NCBI GenBank assembly: GCA_002633005.1 | Contig: NMRA01001071.1 | Span: 1-60,114, forward strand | Length of the DNA stretch: 60,114 bases | Direction of reading: 5' to 3' | Origin: Phoronis australis | Taxonomy: Eukaryota > Animalia > Phoronida | Shown: positions 26,870 through 40,620 of the stretch, piece by piece | How the letters are laid out: each line of letters opens with the position of its first letter | Position numbering within the stretch: position 1 is the stretch's first letter | Notes under the pieces: model-generated | Database searches by the model: none | What the model was told of the DNA's origin: nothing | Seen by the model: the letters and a program-made list of their open reading frames with translations, nothing else | Made by a program: the position numbers and the translations under genes

Positions 26870-27150
26870 CATATATACATGTAGTTGCGGGGCATGTATA
26901 TTGGGTAGATTGTAAGAACAATGGAAAACCGGGATGTATAATGTAGTAGGCATATATATAATGGGACATATAAAGTTGTGGGCTATATATTTTATACGCC
27001 TAACGGGACATATATACTTGCGGGCTATATATTGTAATGGGGCATATACCTAGTGAGGTATATATAGTTGCGGGATATATATTGTTACGGGGTATATACC
27101 CAATGGGGCATATATAGTTGCGGGCTATATATTTTATATATACCCCGGAA
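26870..27150. repeat. Degenerate ~26-bp minisatellite
   Basis: Recurrent ggggcatatatagttgcggg and ctatatattgt units at the junction between the two duplicated blocks. Confidence 0.75.
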
Positions 27151-30100
27151 CAAGGTCTCAAAATTTTACCCCACTTCAAGGTTTCAAATAATAACCCCAC
27201 ATCTGCATATAAACATGTATATATATATATATATATATATACATATTGTGGGGTATATATAATGCCCCACAATTTCAGACCTATCAGAAACTGTTATTTG
27301 ACATGCACAGTTTCTCCACGTGTCTTTTCTCAACAACTTGGTTTCATAAGAACATCCTATATATACATGTAACTCTGGTCACGCTCTCCCAAAACATATC
27401 ACTGTTATTATGAGTGCCGTGCTCCAGACTGCCATATGTGACCTACATTGGTACAGCGTTATGTAATGGCCATACAGGATATTAAATTACTTGACCTTCC
27501 ACTGTAACAAGCCTCTGAGGTTTTGATTTTAGTGTTTTAGAGTTGGAGTTGAGACAAGTTTTACTTCGTTTTATCTGCAACGAGTATGTTTGTGCAGAAG
27601 ATGGTACATTCAAGATCTAAGTCTATGGTAAGTCTTTCAATATTTGATTATTTACATGTAAGTTATTGCAAAAAGTTGGCATGTTATGATGGATGGCAGG
27701 TTCCTAGAAACTATTTCTAATGCAGAAGATGCGGCCAAATACTCACATCTGTCCTTCCTGAAAACATTTCAAAATCTAACCACCCCTTTATTATGAGCTG
27801 AAGAATTCCTTTTACTATAAAACTCCAAAGAGTTTTAGATTACTATGCTTTATATCGCTGAGAACAATAATTGTACTTAGTAAGATTTTCCAGATTCACT
27901 GCGATATAGTGCTTTTTCTGAGAGAATTCCTTACAAATGGGTGCCCTTTCAGTAGCAATATTCTTACGAAATTCGTCCATTTTATGGACTGGAACGCTAC
28001 AAAAGGCACTCTAAGATGGAATCCCTGTATCAAATAAATGAGCAATAATTAGGCATGCATGTAACAAATTCTAATAAGAAGCAAATCGGCATATGTACAT
28101 ACTAGCATTTACACTAAAGCATATCTTGAAGCATTGAGTTAAATCGCTAATAAAACTTTTACACTTTGATCTGATTCAATTCTACATGCCAAGCACAAAC
28201 TTTTCCTTAAAAAATATTTTACACTTCAAACAAGCCTGGAAAATTAGCAACCAAAGGTATAGATATGCTGTGTTGCTTGCCCAGTTCTTTAAATGTGGGT
28301 ATCTTCTTAGTGTTGCATGAAACACTTCATGTTTTCACATTGATTCAATGTGAGTGATCTAGTATCAACCTTAGATCATTTTCAACCCTTAAATGAACTC
28401 TTTGAAATCAGTGACTGAAAACCAAATCTCAAACTTGAAACGGGAAATTCCAGGGTAAAATAATTTACTGAAGTTATTTTCTCTGGGTTGCCAAAATATA
28501 CAGGCTCTCAAATCTTTACTAACTATGTGCCTAGAATGTGTTTTCACTAAACATATTTTCTGTTGTCATTAAAAGGACGGCATAAACACCAGACTAGAAC
28601 ATGAGAAAAAATACTTAACAATACCTTTGAATTCTCTTAGTAACTTTGATGTCCGCTTAATAGACTCAATAATAATGGTTGGTCCAAAGGTTCTGTGGCT
28701 CGATTGGTCAATACTCCGAAGAGTTAAGGGGAACTTCATCTTACGTTACCAACTCGATAGTCACCAAGAACAATTTGCAACATTAAACTAAGTGGTCGTA
28801 GCTTGTTAAGCTTTACGGAATTTTGAAAGATGCAGAATATGATGTAAAATTAACTGAAATCTTGAAGACATTTAATTCTGTAGATTACGGAATAATGTAA
28901 AAAAAACTATTATTAGACAAGTTTTCTGTTCCGACTATTGACTTTTCGGACGATAGATCCCATTGTTTTCGGACTATAGACCCCTTGGACAATAGACAGC
29001 ATTTCATTTCTATTGACAGTTTTGATTTTTTTCAGATGAGAATGTCGTCAATCTATTCAGTGACAATGATACAGATGAAGGTAGAATTAAGTGCTTGTTT
29101 CTCAGAGTATGGAAACATGCAACTTCACATGGTTGAGTTATGAAGGTGGTGTGAGTTTGAAATAAATAAAGTATTATGGAAAATATACTTAAAAATTTTC
29201 GCAGATTCTACAAATTGTCGGTTTCTGTAATTTTATGTTCTTGAACTCGTGAGTTCGAGGTCCTAATGAATCACTACTTTGATTTAATACTTTCATAAGG
29301 TAACTGCAGAGTCATTTTGATTCTTATTCCGCTAGCATACAGCCTGTTTTTCAGACTTAATCAAGTAGCATTGTAAAACATTGCACATTTCGTTAATTGC
29401 AACAGTTGGCTTCCCAACATATTTATTGTTAACTAGTTGAACCATTTAATGTAGCAGAATAACTTAAAAACTTTCAAACTCATGTTAATGGAAATTTAGA
29501 AGACAGATTTCAGTCCGCCAAACAAATGAAAACAAACGTAAAATTCCAGCATTGATCACTGCATTTATAATTTGTTTCAGATGAAGAAATGAGGAGATGC
29601 CGTTTTCGTCACAAGGTGTTCAGTTCTACTAAAATAGCCAAGAACTTTTCTGATAGATCGTCTGGAAGGTATTTCATGTAACTAAAATTTCTTGTTTTTC
29701 AAATTTTACCATGAAATGTCTATTTTAATTCAAAATTTATTTCTTGGTGATGCCAAGGATACGGTAATACCTGTTCAGCTATTATTTCTTCATTGTTTTG
29801 TGATGTCTATATGAGATGTGAGATGTGCTGAGATGGGGTTGGTCGATCCCGTATTCCTAAGGACCTTTGATAGTCTCCAAAGCAAAGGAATTTTAGTTCG
29901 AAAGACTTCTAGTCTGAAAGTGAGTTGGGTGATGACACTGCATCAGAGCTTATAGAAGACTGCTGTTTTAATACATTTGAGCACAATTAAGAATTATTAT
30001 GAATGCAAATGTAAAGACTTTGTTTTGAAAATGCAGGGTTCTTTCGGGAATTTTTCTTGCCAACCTAGCCCTGCCACCCACCAATCGTGGTCATGGCGAT

Positions 30101-33010
30101 ATAGTTACCTTACACTTTTTCATGCCTGTTAATCCAGTGCCGTGGCAACCGACATAGGCGTGGTGCCGCGGACAGTCGAGAAAAGAAAGACTGCGAAAAA
30201 CCGATAAGAGAGAAAATTCAAGAGAACATTAAACAAACCTGCATCAGTGCATGGATTACCTTTTGAGGACCCTGGCCAGGACACTGTCGTTATGGTCTTC
30301 GTTTTTGCATCACAGGTCGTCTAAACGCACACATGTATTTCGAAAAATCGAGAAAATTTGTAAAGCGAAGCTTTTGAGGGGCGTACTAATTTACTAGATG
30401 TTTAAATTCAATAAGTCAATTTTGCGAATGCAAAACTATATTTTTCTAGAGGCCCCGCTCTGGCAAGGGTTAACGGAGACAACTTTCGATTTATTTTTTT
30501 CTCGAAACTGTATATTACTTGAGAAAAAAATGACGACCTGACAGATAACAACAACTGTTGCGCATTTGAAAATATAGGTATTTTCATATTTAGGGGCCCC
30601 GCCCTTGAAGGAGGCCATTTATGACATTCAAGTGGCCACCTTTTTGTGTTTTTCTTGACAAATTCTTACTTGGCCGCTCACGGAGAGAGGGCCCAATGTT
30701 GGAATCGATTACCTCTATTTTACTATTTTTTTGTGAAATCGTGATTTCATTTTGAAGGAGGTCACTCCCTGCATAGTTTTGGGACCACACGGGGGTGTAA
30801 TGAACTGTCACTTTTTCCTCAGCTTAATGATGTTTAGCCTTTCAACTTTAGGTGTCCCATTTCAGTCGGTCCTTCTCTCGGTGGAGTAGTTCGGGGTAAA
30901 TTTCCCTTTGTCCATCTATATACATATATATCTGCGCGGTCAGGACAAGTGTACACAGGGACTATATCTGCGCGTGCACGACAGGCGTACACAATCAATT
31001 ACAGTTGATAAAGTTTATTACAAATGACTTTTTAAAATAGATTAATTTCGACTGTTTCTAAGAATGGTATGACATGTTATAAGATGTTGATAAGAATTAA
31101 TATTAACGAATGGTGTAATATAAGATCTAAGTTTTTTCATCAGCCCTAGTAATTTATACGAATTCTTGTCACTGATCAAAAACGATCCTAATCAGATTCA
31201 TATATGTGAGCGATGATCAGTCTCATCAGAATTCATATCAACCAAAATGGAGGTGCAAGATTTTTACACAAGCATAACTTTTTCTAAGTTTAGAAAATAT
31301 GATTAAGGCAGTGAAGAAGACGAAGGTACAAGCTCATTAAGATTGACGGTAAATACACATGTACATGTATAAGGGGCAAAACCTAACCTTTGAACTAGCA
31401 AGGAGCAATGTATGATGCATACAGAAGTATGCAACAGTCAGGACAAGGACTTCTGTGTGCATCCTGAGGGGCGCACTTGTAGTTAGGATGGAGGGAGATT
31501 TGTATCGTGCAGAACGGAGTGGAGGAGGGGGAAAGGAGAGGCGACACAATAATTCGTGATGATCGGCACTAAACATTTTAGCATCAGAAATATTACATAG
31601 ATTCATTCAAGTAAGTCAGGCAAACGCATTTTAATTAATAATCCACTGGTGCCACCTGCCGCCCCGAAGCGTTGTACCAGGTTCCAGTTCAATCCCGTCC
31701 TGCAGCCATTCTATTATTGCTTATGAATTTCTGTAATTAGACACCAGTGCCCTAAAGTCATGAACATAAGCATAATAAGCAACTGATGGTCATACTACCC
31801 AATGTCCGTTAGCAACTGCTCATGTGATGTTATAGACATATATCAGCCTTCACAAATATAAGTGTTTTACAAATCTTAATCCTTACTTGTTTCCGTAAGC
31901 AGAGTTTTGAAATGGTCGCTGATGTCGCCGGCCATTTTGAATGAGGCCCTAAAGTCGTGACTGTTTCGTTTAGACGGAAATGCACGACGTAAGACCACAC
32001 AAATCAACTACAGTGCTTACAGGTACTCCAGGCGACATAGAAGCGTATTGCATTGTTTATTAATTCAGTTTCAATTGAAATAAATTGTTATATGTGTGCA
32101 CCCAACTTTGAAGTGCACAGAGATTGTTCACGTAAAACGCTAAGAACCCAGCATAAATTATCTCTCTGTATTTTATTGCTTTGGCCTTACAAAACTTGAT
32201 CGACCCTGGGACTTTTTGATAATTGTTCAAGCTACCCCTGGAGCATGTGTTTGAGAAAATCCGGACAATGAATATTTTCGAAAATATATCCTGCATGCTA
32301 TGAACAGTCCCACTAAATAAGATTGGTCCTAACCCCGGTCGTCAATGCACAAAAAGTAGATTAGTGAAATATTCTATTTTTAAGATACATTTGAAGAAAG
32401 AAGCCACTCACTCACTGTTTATTGTGAATACCAACACGTCCGGGTATTCGTTTGACGTTCGTAAGCAGACGAACGCTGGAAATTTCAACACCAGATATCG
32501 AGGGACCGCACAGAAGAGGAAACAATATTCTTCACGACTTTATGGCACTCACGTCTGTAGGACCTCTGACGGTACATCACGTTTCGTCTCTTATAGTTGC
32601 TAAACGTAAATTGAAACATAAGAACGTTCTAGAAACCATGTGTAGTTAGTTGTTGTAACAATAAGGGGGTTACATATATCAAACTTGACGAATATCAGTG
32701 GCGTTGGCGCATTGAATTTTGGAAATAAATGCTGAATGACGTCAATATGAACATATGTCTTAACACGCTACGCAATATTGCCACAAGTCAAACTTTAATA
32801 ATTGTGCTAAAACTAATGACTGCCTAAAGGTATTTCAATAAACACAATATACATTCATTGACTGGCCTTGTTGCATTACAAGCTTCAAGGTGTAAGACAT
32901 ATCAAATCCAAATGGAAAACATATTCTATAAAGAGTTCGTCTAACCCACTTGTTAGACAAAGTACAGGCTCTATTTCATATTTTTAATTGTACTAATTGT
33001 CGTAGCTCGC

Positions 33011-33232
33011 TACATAAATATAAACAATCTAAATCCGTGGCCATGACCATAATGTAGAATAGTGCACCAAATATATAGACACTCTAAATTCATGGTCATG
33101 ACCATCAATACAGAATTGCGGTATACAGGTAGACACTCTATATCCATGGTCATAACCATAAATATAGAATAACGTGCTACATATTTAGACAATCTAAATC
33201 CATGGTCATAACCATAATATAGAATTGCGCGC
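33011..33232. repeat. Four-copy ~55-bp tandem repeat
   Basis: Unit approximately agacactctaaatccatggtcataaccataatatagaattgcg. Confidence 0.85.
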
Positions 33233-34602
33233 TAAGCCCTGTATGTAAATCCGACACTGCCAATTTTTTAAGAGGGAAGTTGAGATTCCAAATTCATCAA
33301 TAAACACAAAACATTCTTGCACAGCACAGCCATTCTACCTAACCAACCAAAAATGTTTTAAAATACAGTATGATTGCCGCCATCGAAAGGGTGGAATTTT
33401 GACGAACGTGAAGACCTCTACTTGTGAATTACACAAAAGGACAATTTACGATGGTTAGTTATAAAATAATGATACTGTTTCCCGTAGTATCACAAGAATA
33501 GAATCTCTTTTGAACATGGTCACTATGAGTTGTTTGTAAGGAATTCCCACTTGCGGAAAACATTGCTGTCTAGGCTACTATTTGTGATGAACGCGTACAT
33601 GTCGAAAGGGGTAGTCAAAGAACTCTCGCAATCATTAACAAAGATTTCAACGTTTACATCGTGAACCGTTATAGGTACCTTTGAAAATACACCTTAATAC
33701 GAAAAACCCATCTCCCGTATTCCCCCGGTTACCCGTCAAAAGTCTGCGAGCATGCATGCGGAAATTGCGCATAACATTCCTGCTTGATAAACAAATTCGT
33801 TGATTTCTGATTTACTTGCTTATGTATCTACAATTATCGATAGATTCATAGATGATTTTTGACAATTAGAAGCTAATCTTGTAAGAATTGATGATAATTC
33901 AGTGAATTTAATTGCTGTCTGAAGTTGGAAAAACTCTGTAATCCGATCCCCAAACAGTAAAGAACACTTAGACGATTTTTGCATATCTAAAATAACTCTC
34001 AAAGACATTGATGAAATCCGTACACACAAACCATAGAAAGAAAAAAAAACGTTTTAAAATCCTCAAATAAATAAAATTAAACTCATTTCTCGGAAAGGTT
34101 GTCTTCGCAGTTCCTTGGTGTTTTTTCTAATAGTATTGAGTAATGAATTTTTGTCCTTCAAAACTGAATTGATTGCTTTTCCTCAGCCACCAGAAACTGA
34201 ACTACCTGTCGTGTTTCAACTAAGGATTTTGAAACAGTCCCAAAGGCACTATACCAGGGACTTTGGGGCCTCACCTTTTCAAAAAAAAACTCTTTCAAAG
34301 AATGACCATAATTAAATAAAGTTTTTCCGAAACTGGATCACAACAAAATGAATCTTGACCTTAGAACGAGCGCAGACGGCCGGTGCGAGCTAAGCTGCCT
34401 GTCTCAAGTGAATCTTAGTTGTGCTGACCAGCACCTAGCTTTAGTTCATCGAAAATTTTGTATTTTCACACTGGTAGATCTCAGCTATAGCTAGTTGAGG
34501 CAGCTCCTCGCTACCAGTCAGTACTAGGCCCATTCTTACTTTTCGCGTTGGTTCACACTTACACAACTCAGTCTTAATGGCTGGATCCCCGGATTGCCGT
34601 CC

Positions 34603-34758
34603 CACAGGCGGATCCAGGATTTTGAGTTGGGAGGGGCGGCAGGGCAGAGTATTAGCAAGGGTTTTACCAGTCAGAAATTGGCACCTCCAAACTGACAAAT
34701 GGAATCTGGAAGAATTTTCGGAGGGTCATGGCCTCTTGGTCCCCTAAATCCGCCACTG
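34603..34758 (-). mobile_element. MITE of the same family as 505-659
   Basis: cacaggcggatccagg...aaatccgccactg. Flanks tgccgtcc/tgcctccc are an imperfect possible TSD. Confidence 0.75.
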
Positions 34759-36883
34759 TGCCTCCCCACGTGAGAGATTCGGTACAAATATGGTCGCATC
34801 GGAAGGACGGGGGCGAGAGTGGGGGAAGGTAGAGGAGGTGGTGGCGATGGAGGAGTTATTTGGAGACGTCGAAGTGGTTTGTGCCCCCCAATAATTTTTG
34901 CCTTCCTACGGGCCTGTAATCAGGTTTATTTCAAAATGTAATGCTCAGTGGACCAATCAAACCAATAGCTCTTCCGACTACAGACACTTCAGAAAATCAA
35001 AAGGATGCCAAAGCTGGTTTTGACTTATTAACATATAAAAAAGAATTTAATCTCCAGTTTCCTTGAACAAAATAATGGCCTGTAACTCTTGACTACTCTG
35101 AAAAGTTTGGAAAAATTGAAACTATTCTGAAAGTTTGCTAAACTGCCAAATGCGACCTACGCTTTAGAGAATTACACGGCAACTGTGGGAAAAGACCACT
35201 CACCAAGGACCAAAATGCGAGACAGGGGTATGAGTTTTTAGATAATTCCAGCTCTTTCAAGATTGACGCCAATAATGCATTAGAAAATGACATGACCAGG
35301 ATTGCTTGAAATCATCAAAACACGGTTTAGTATCCTTTTTAGCGAAGTCAAATTTTCACAAACAAACAAAGGACATTTTCCGGGTTAACACTCTCTAGAA
35401 TAAAGGTCCTTTGGTCTTGAGAGCACAAACCTGTAAGAAAAACAACACAATTTAATTCAGAAGCCCAAAAGGCTATTGCTCCTTAAACGTCTTTCCGACT
35501 ACTGTAACTCCCCGTTGGACTATCGACCTGCAGGAATGCTAATAGGGGACACACCTTACAGATTTGAACTACGAAGAAATCACCTATTGTTATTATAATT
35601 GTTAATGTTATATTATTGTTTGTGTAAGATAGTATATTTTGGTAAGAATGTAGGATCATACATGTACCTTACAGGAATGACAGCTTTTGCAATGTGTGCA
35701 AGGATACCTGTCAAATGATTTAAGTTCTAAACTACGAAAATTGTAAAAAGTGTAAAAACATCTTGATACCTGTCCGGCCTAAGTTTAATAAATCATACAG
35801 AAAATTCCTGTAAATCTCTAAAATTAACAAAAACTGTTTTATGACAGTTTTTACAATGCATCTATTACGAAATACAAAATCCTGCCTAATCTTCGAACTT
35901 TAATCATAGCAAAATGCATGTTTAAAAACTTCACTTTTATTTTCAGGTGATACACTGGTTAAATGTCACTAGTATGGAGTCTGTAAAGTTAAAGGAAAAT
36001 TGACCAAGCTATGCAATGATGCTGAAAATGATGATGACAATACGACAATCTCCATGGAGGTGGGAACAGAGTCATCGGGATGTGTTAGTGATGCTAAAAG
36101 TGATGATCACAGGACTTTTAATAAGGGAACAGCAAAGTTAACAGGATCTGCTCATTACTATGTTTTTGTCTTAAGTTACATAGTGCCACCTCCGTTCCCT
36201 AGGGTCTTCATCATCACCATCATCACTACAACCACAGCCTTTAAGAACCTGAATTTTGTTAATTAGACAATACAGACGAATTACACTACAGTTTTGCAGT
36301 TTAAACATATTTAAAAATAACTGCTTTCAGTTATTGAGAATGGTAATCACTATGGATAAGCATTTTGAATGAAGAAAGCAAACACGATTTAATCTAAAAC
36401 TATCACATTTTCTTTAATTACATTTGTAGTCTTAATTGTTACTAAGATGGTGGGAGTCTGAAATTGTGGTGACTGGAAGCCAGGATGAAACTGTTAGTAC
36501 ATGTACATCACAAACATTGTTTCTATGGATGTATGTGTATCCTATATTTTTGGTGGCCATCATTTGATTTTAAAGATAATTTGGGTAATTTATAGTTCAC
36601 TATGTGCCAGATCAATTATATAAATGATTAAGTTTTCATCTGTGAGAGTTTTTATTGGCGAACTAAGCAAGAATGTCATTCACAATGGTTTCTACGTGTT
36701 TATAGAAGAGTACTTTATCGAAGGGATCACCAAACACCGTAGAGCCTGACAGAGGTAGTGTCGTCTGCTCACGTTTCAGAATTATAAACCGATAAAAGGA
36801 TCATACATTTTTAGGTTTAAAAGTGGTAAAGTCTGTTGTGGACGCATACACGTTATTCCAGTGACCTTTGGAAGAGTGTATAT

Positions 36884-39295
36884 TTGTTGCGTCATTCAAA
36901 ACAGTTAACTGTTTTAAGTGTCAAATGAATAACGGACGTCAGATTATTTCATTGAACCCGGTTGTTGTGTTCTTTTATATGTTCAGCGAGTTTAGAACGA
37001 AGTGACCACTCAGCAAGTATCGACTTGTGTTTTGGGGTCCGCATTTCACACGTGAAGGCCCACCTTTCCTATACCTCGTCTATGTCTTCCATGCTAAGTC
37101 TCTCCTTTACCCGATGGCCCGTCCTTCATATCGACAGTCAATACTTTCCACTGCATGAACAATGACAATACTTTTCAAAATTTACAGCCAAACTAATATA
37201 TTTGCAAAATCTAGTTTTATTTCTTATTGAAAGTACAATTAAGATGGGTGCTATAGCAACCCTGATATCACATGATTTCATGCAGAAATCAAGATCACGT
37301 GACTGTATTGTCGATGTCAATCTGCTTTAGCCTTTCCAGTATCTATAAGCCTTTTCAGCACCCATTTTTCCTTGCGGTTTAGCTGAAACAAAACGTAACG
37401 CCGACAATTCCACTGCAGACAAAAACAATGAGAAAATATTAAATGATTTTATATGAAAATGCTTCAATTGAATACAAAATATATTATTACGAAGTACATG
37501 TATAGTTTGTAAAAGAAAAAATCACGCAGTAAAGGAGTCTTGCTACTTCTTATAGAGGACGCGTTTTTACTTTGAGTTGTCGTCTGCTCTATGTTTGCAT
37601 TGTAACTCGTATTTTGAAAGAGCTGATCACACTTATAGTCCGATTACCTCTCGTCGTCAGTCTCCAAAGGTCGTCCGCCATCTTGTTTCGCGTGCAGCGC
37701 TGCCACCCGGGACTTAGCGTTCCAATCTGGAACGCTCGTCTGCACGTTAAGTACTAACCTCTCGGGAGAAACACGCGTGGAAGAACTGAGACTAAAATTA
37801 ATGCATTTACCGACTGTTTTTTTGAGACCACTTAAAAACTTGTTGATTTTACTAATGCACTTTTTTGTTCATTTTCAGAAGATATTTTCGAAATTAAATT
37901 TTCTTCAGACGGAACAAAAAGCAACCCAGGGATTGTTTATGCAATGTATCTATTTGTCCCAGGCACTAACCGACATCTGTTAGGCCAAAGGAAAAACGCA
38001 GCAGACAAATGGAACACGCTGGGTGCTTAACAGTTTCGGCCCACGCCTTGGTCATCAAAATATTGTTCACTTGTTTTTTTATTGCAAAACACAGTACTGA
38101 ACTCAACATTTATGTTGAAAATTTTGGTTAAAGCATTTTGAATTTATTTGAAGAAAATTAAAATACTTGAATTGATAGAGAATGGCCACCAATAAAGTAA
38201 AACATTGACTTTATTTCACTATATTGCATTTGTTACATACAACACAGCATGACATAATCAAAAATAAAAGAAGAGATTGAGCAATAAAATTCAAATGCAA
38301 CTTGGGTATTTATTTATTTATTTATGAATGCAGAAGCCTGTTAAAGATGAGAAAAAATCAAACAATACAATTATGGGTAATTTATTAGAACAATTGTATC
38401 GAGGTTCAATGATCAACTTCCGCCTACCAAGTCTCAAAGGCTTACAGTTCTGTTTTGGCTGACAAGGTGTTAACAGAGAATGAAGAGAAACTGAAAAGAA
38501 AAAGAAGGACAGCAGAGATAAGTGATGTTAAGAACAACAAGAGCAAAAAGTCAAATAAAGAGGTCACAAATACAAAATAAGTAAGGTCTGCCTGGAATAA
38601 AACAATTGTGATTTATTTTCCAGAACTGAAATTCTAAATCAATTTTAATCGATTTAAAAATCGATATCATACCAGTAAAACAGTTTGTGGTTGAAGTAGA
38701 GTTGCTGTAAACCACTTTCCACTATTTTCTTGGCCTTTTTCTGTGTGGTTTTCTGTCCTTTCAAAAGGCGGCAGCACATGACGACCATAGGTGTCATTAT
38801 AAAATGGCTGCCGAAAACCAATGCACAGTTGAACAACTCGGCTTAAGTAAAAGAAAACGTTTGAATCAACGAATACTATATATTTGTGAGAGTTAAATCA
38901 AGTCCTATTCAGATCATAACTTTGAAGTGGAATAATTGGGTGAGTAAGACAACAAGCCGGTTTTATGCTTAGGCGGACGACTATAGGGTTTCGGAGTGTA
39001 TATGAAACTTTCACAAAGTATGCTTCATACACTTTTCTCCAAAACACAGTTAGGAATTGCAAAGATTTTCAAGCCTGATCTGCATCTGCTGGCCACATCA
39101 AGTGACCTAATGAACACAAACCTGAAAATATTTACATATTTCTGTATACTGATAGAGATAGTTTCTAAAATGTTCTCCTTTTGCATGAAGCTTTATAGAA
39201 AAAAGGAGTTTTACGATTTTATTGTAACACCGCAAAAGCTGCATCAGAGGAAACGAAACGATAATTAAGGAATCCGTAACAACGTGTATTTGATA
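36884..39295. repeat. Segmental duplication paralogous to 47112-48173, interrupted by a ~1.37-kb insertion (~37631-38997)
   Basis: 36884-37630 matches 47112-47868 and 38998-39295 matches 47870-48173. The empty site reads gatcacagttacatgagactttcac. Confidence 0.9.
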
Positions 39296-39296
39296 T

Positions 39297-39760
39297 ATAT
39301 AGATTACTACATGGCGAAGTCGTTATCCCTCGTTATCTAGAGCCCGAGTGGATTTTGGAGAATTATCGCCCGAGGGGCGTTAACCCCGAGGGTGATAATT
39401 CTACAAAATTCACGAGGGCTCTAGATAAGGGATGTAACGGCTGAGAATATGTAATAATCTATTCATACCACATACTGAACGAGAAACATTGCAATGAATC
39501 GATCTACCTCTCTCGACTCACCTTGGCTTAGTAACTACTCTCTATGTCAGAGGCCCGGGGTCGGAGGTCGTGACATTTTAAGAAAAGCCGAGCTATTTTT
39601 GTCAAATAATGCTTTCACTCAAAACCAATTGAAAAATAAAACAAAATAAAAATAAAGTGAATCAATAAATTAAGGTTTAGCAACTATTATAGATTACTAC
39701 AAAAACCACTCGACTTCTAAATAACGGGGGACAACGACTTCGCTATGTAATAATCTATAT
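39297..39760. mobile_element. Palindromic non-autonomous TIR element (internally deleted relative of 55546-57542)
   Basis: Termini atatagattactacatggcgaagtcgtt and aacgacttcgctatgtaataatctatat. The first ~165 bp form a hairpin centred on cccgaggggcgttaaccccgaggg. Confidence 0.8.
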
Positions 39761-40620
39761 TAATGCAACGTTCTCGAACTCGTTTCTTTCCATTATATAC
39801 ACGAAAACAACGTTGTTAATTAAAAAGGGAGTAAATCAATCAAATTTCACACTGCTACGTCATATGGATTGCAACGAACCAATGAGAGACTGCGTAAACG
39901 CATTTATGTGTATCGTATGCGAAATGTCGAAAAACTTGTACATGTACTATTTGAAGAGTGTAGCGCACCTGGATGAGATCAGTCATTGTTCACTCCACTA
40001 CACACTGGTGATCCTTGCACATCGCTCCAGCATGCCACGTTAAAAAACAACATACGAAGACTGGCCAGAGATCCCATGGTTAGTAGGATTTACCGTAGCC
40101 AAATCCAATGCACCACACAACCAATAATGAAAACCTACTAAATGATCGTTCCCGGTCATTTCAAACTTCGTTTATAGAAATTGAAAACACGGAAATCTCT
40201 TGCAAAAATCAAGCCTGTGAACGTTACGGTGATCTTCGTTACTTAGTAAGCAGTCTAATGACTTACTTGCCGCGTTCTAGGGTGTTGCAAACTACACAAA
40301 TTTGTTACATGCACATCAAACCCCACCGTTTGGAGTAAACAAAGTTAACCGGTCACTGCCGGTCTTTTTAACCTTGAACTGTGCATGTCAAAGATTATAA
40401 GCAAAAGTGGTCGGGACTTACATATTCACTATAAGCTCAGCTATATATAGTATGTCTGAGCTATGATGATTCCAAGATCAATCTACGGGGTCCGCCTGAG
40501 CTGTCCGCGTACGTCTGGTTCCATGAGTACTGGATCGCCTGCAATTGTTCTTCATGTTACAAAAATTACATTCAGGATGCAAGTAGGATAAACTGCAGGG
40601 ACGTGCTGTCCGTAAATCAG
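39761..40620. repeat. Segmental duplication paralogous to 57542-58430 (older homolog ~17745-18320)
   Basis: High collinear identity. Near-identical ORFs at 39813 and 57700 in the track. Confidence 0.95.

Larger units (their letters stand above)
30135..34916. mobile_element. 4.8-kb DNA-transposon-like insertion with CAG..CTG termini and a 5-bp TSD
   Basis: Absent from the paralogous site near 24686 (gctaatcaggttt). Imperfect TIRs cagtgccgtggcaa and ttcctacgggcctg. TSD taatc at 30130-30134 and 34917-34921. Confidence 0.8.
29036..36145 (+). pseudogene. Decayed multi-exon fragment, copy 2 (exons ~29036-29080, 29581-29668, 35947-36145)
   Basis: DENVVNLFSDNDTDE followed by donor gtagaa, an 88-bp frameshifted middle exon followed by gtattt, and KGKLTKLCNDAENDDDNTTISMEVGTESSGCVSDAKSDD. 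Confidence 0.5.

Noticed and set aside
33011-33232. CRISPR-like array
   Set aside because: The whole unit repeats degenerately with no unique spacers. There are no cas genes and the context is eukaryotic.
33780-34440. Possible LINE ORF1 or coiled-coil remnant on the minus strand
   Set aside because: No diagnostic motif and several stops, so I cannot support it without a search.
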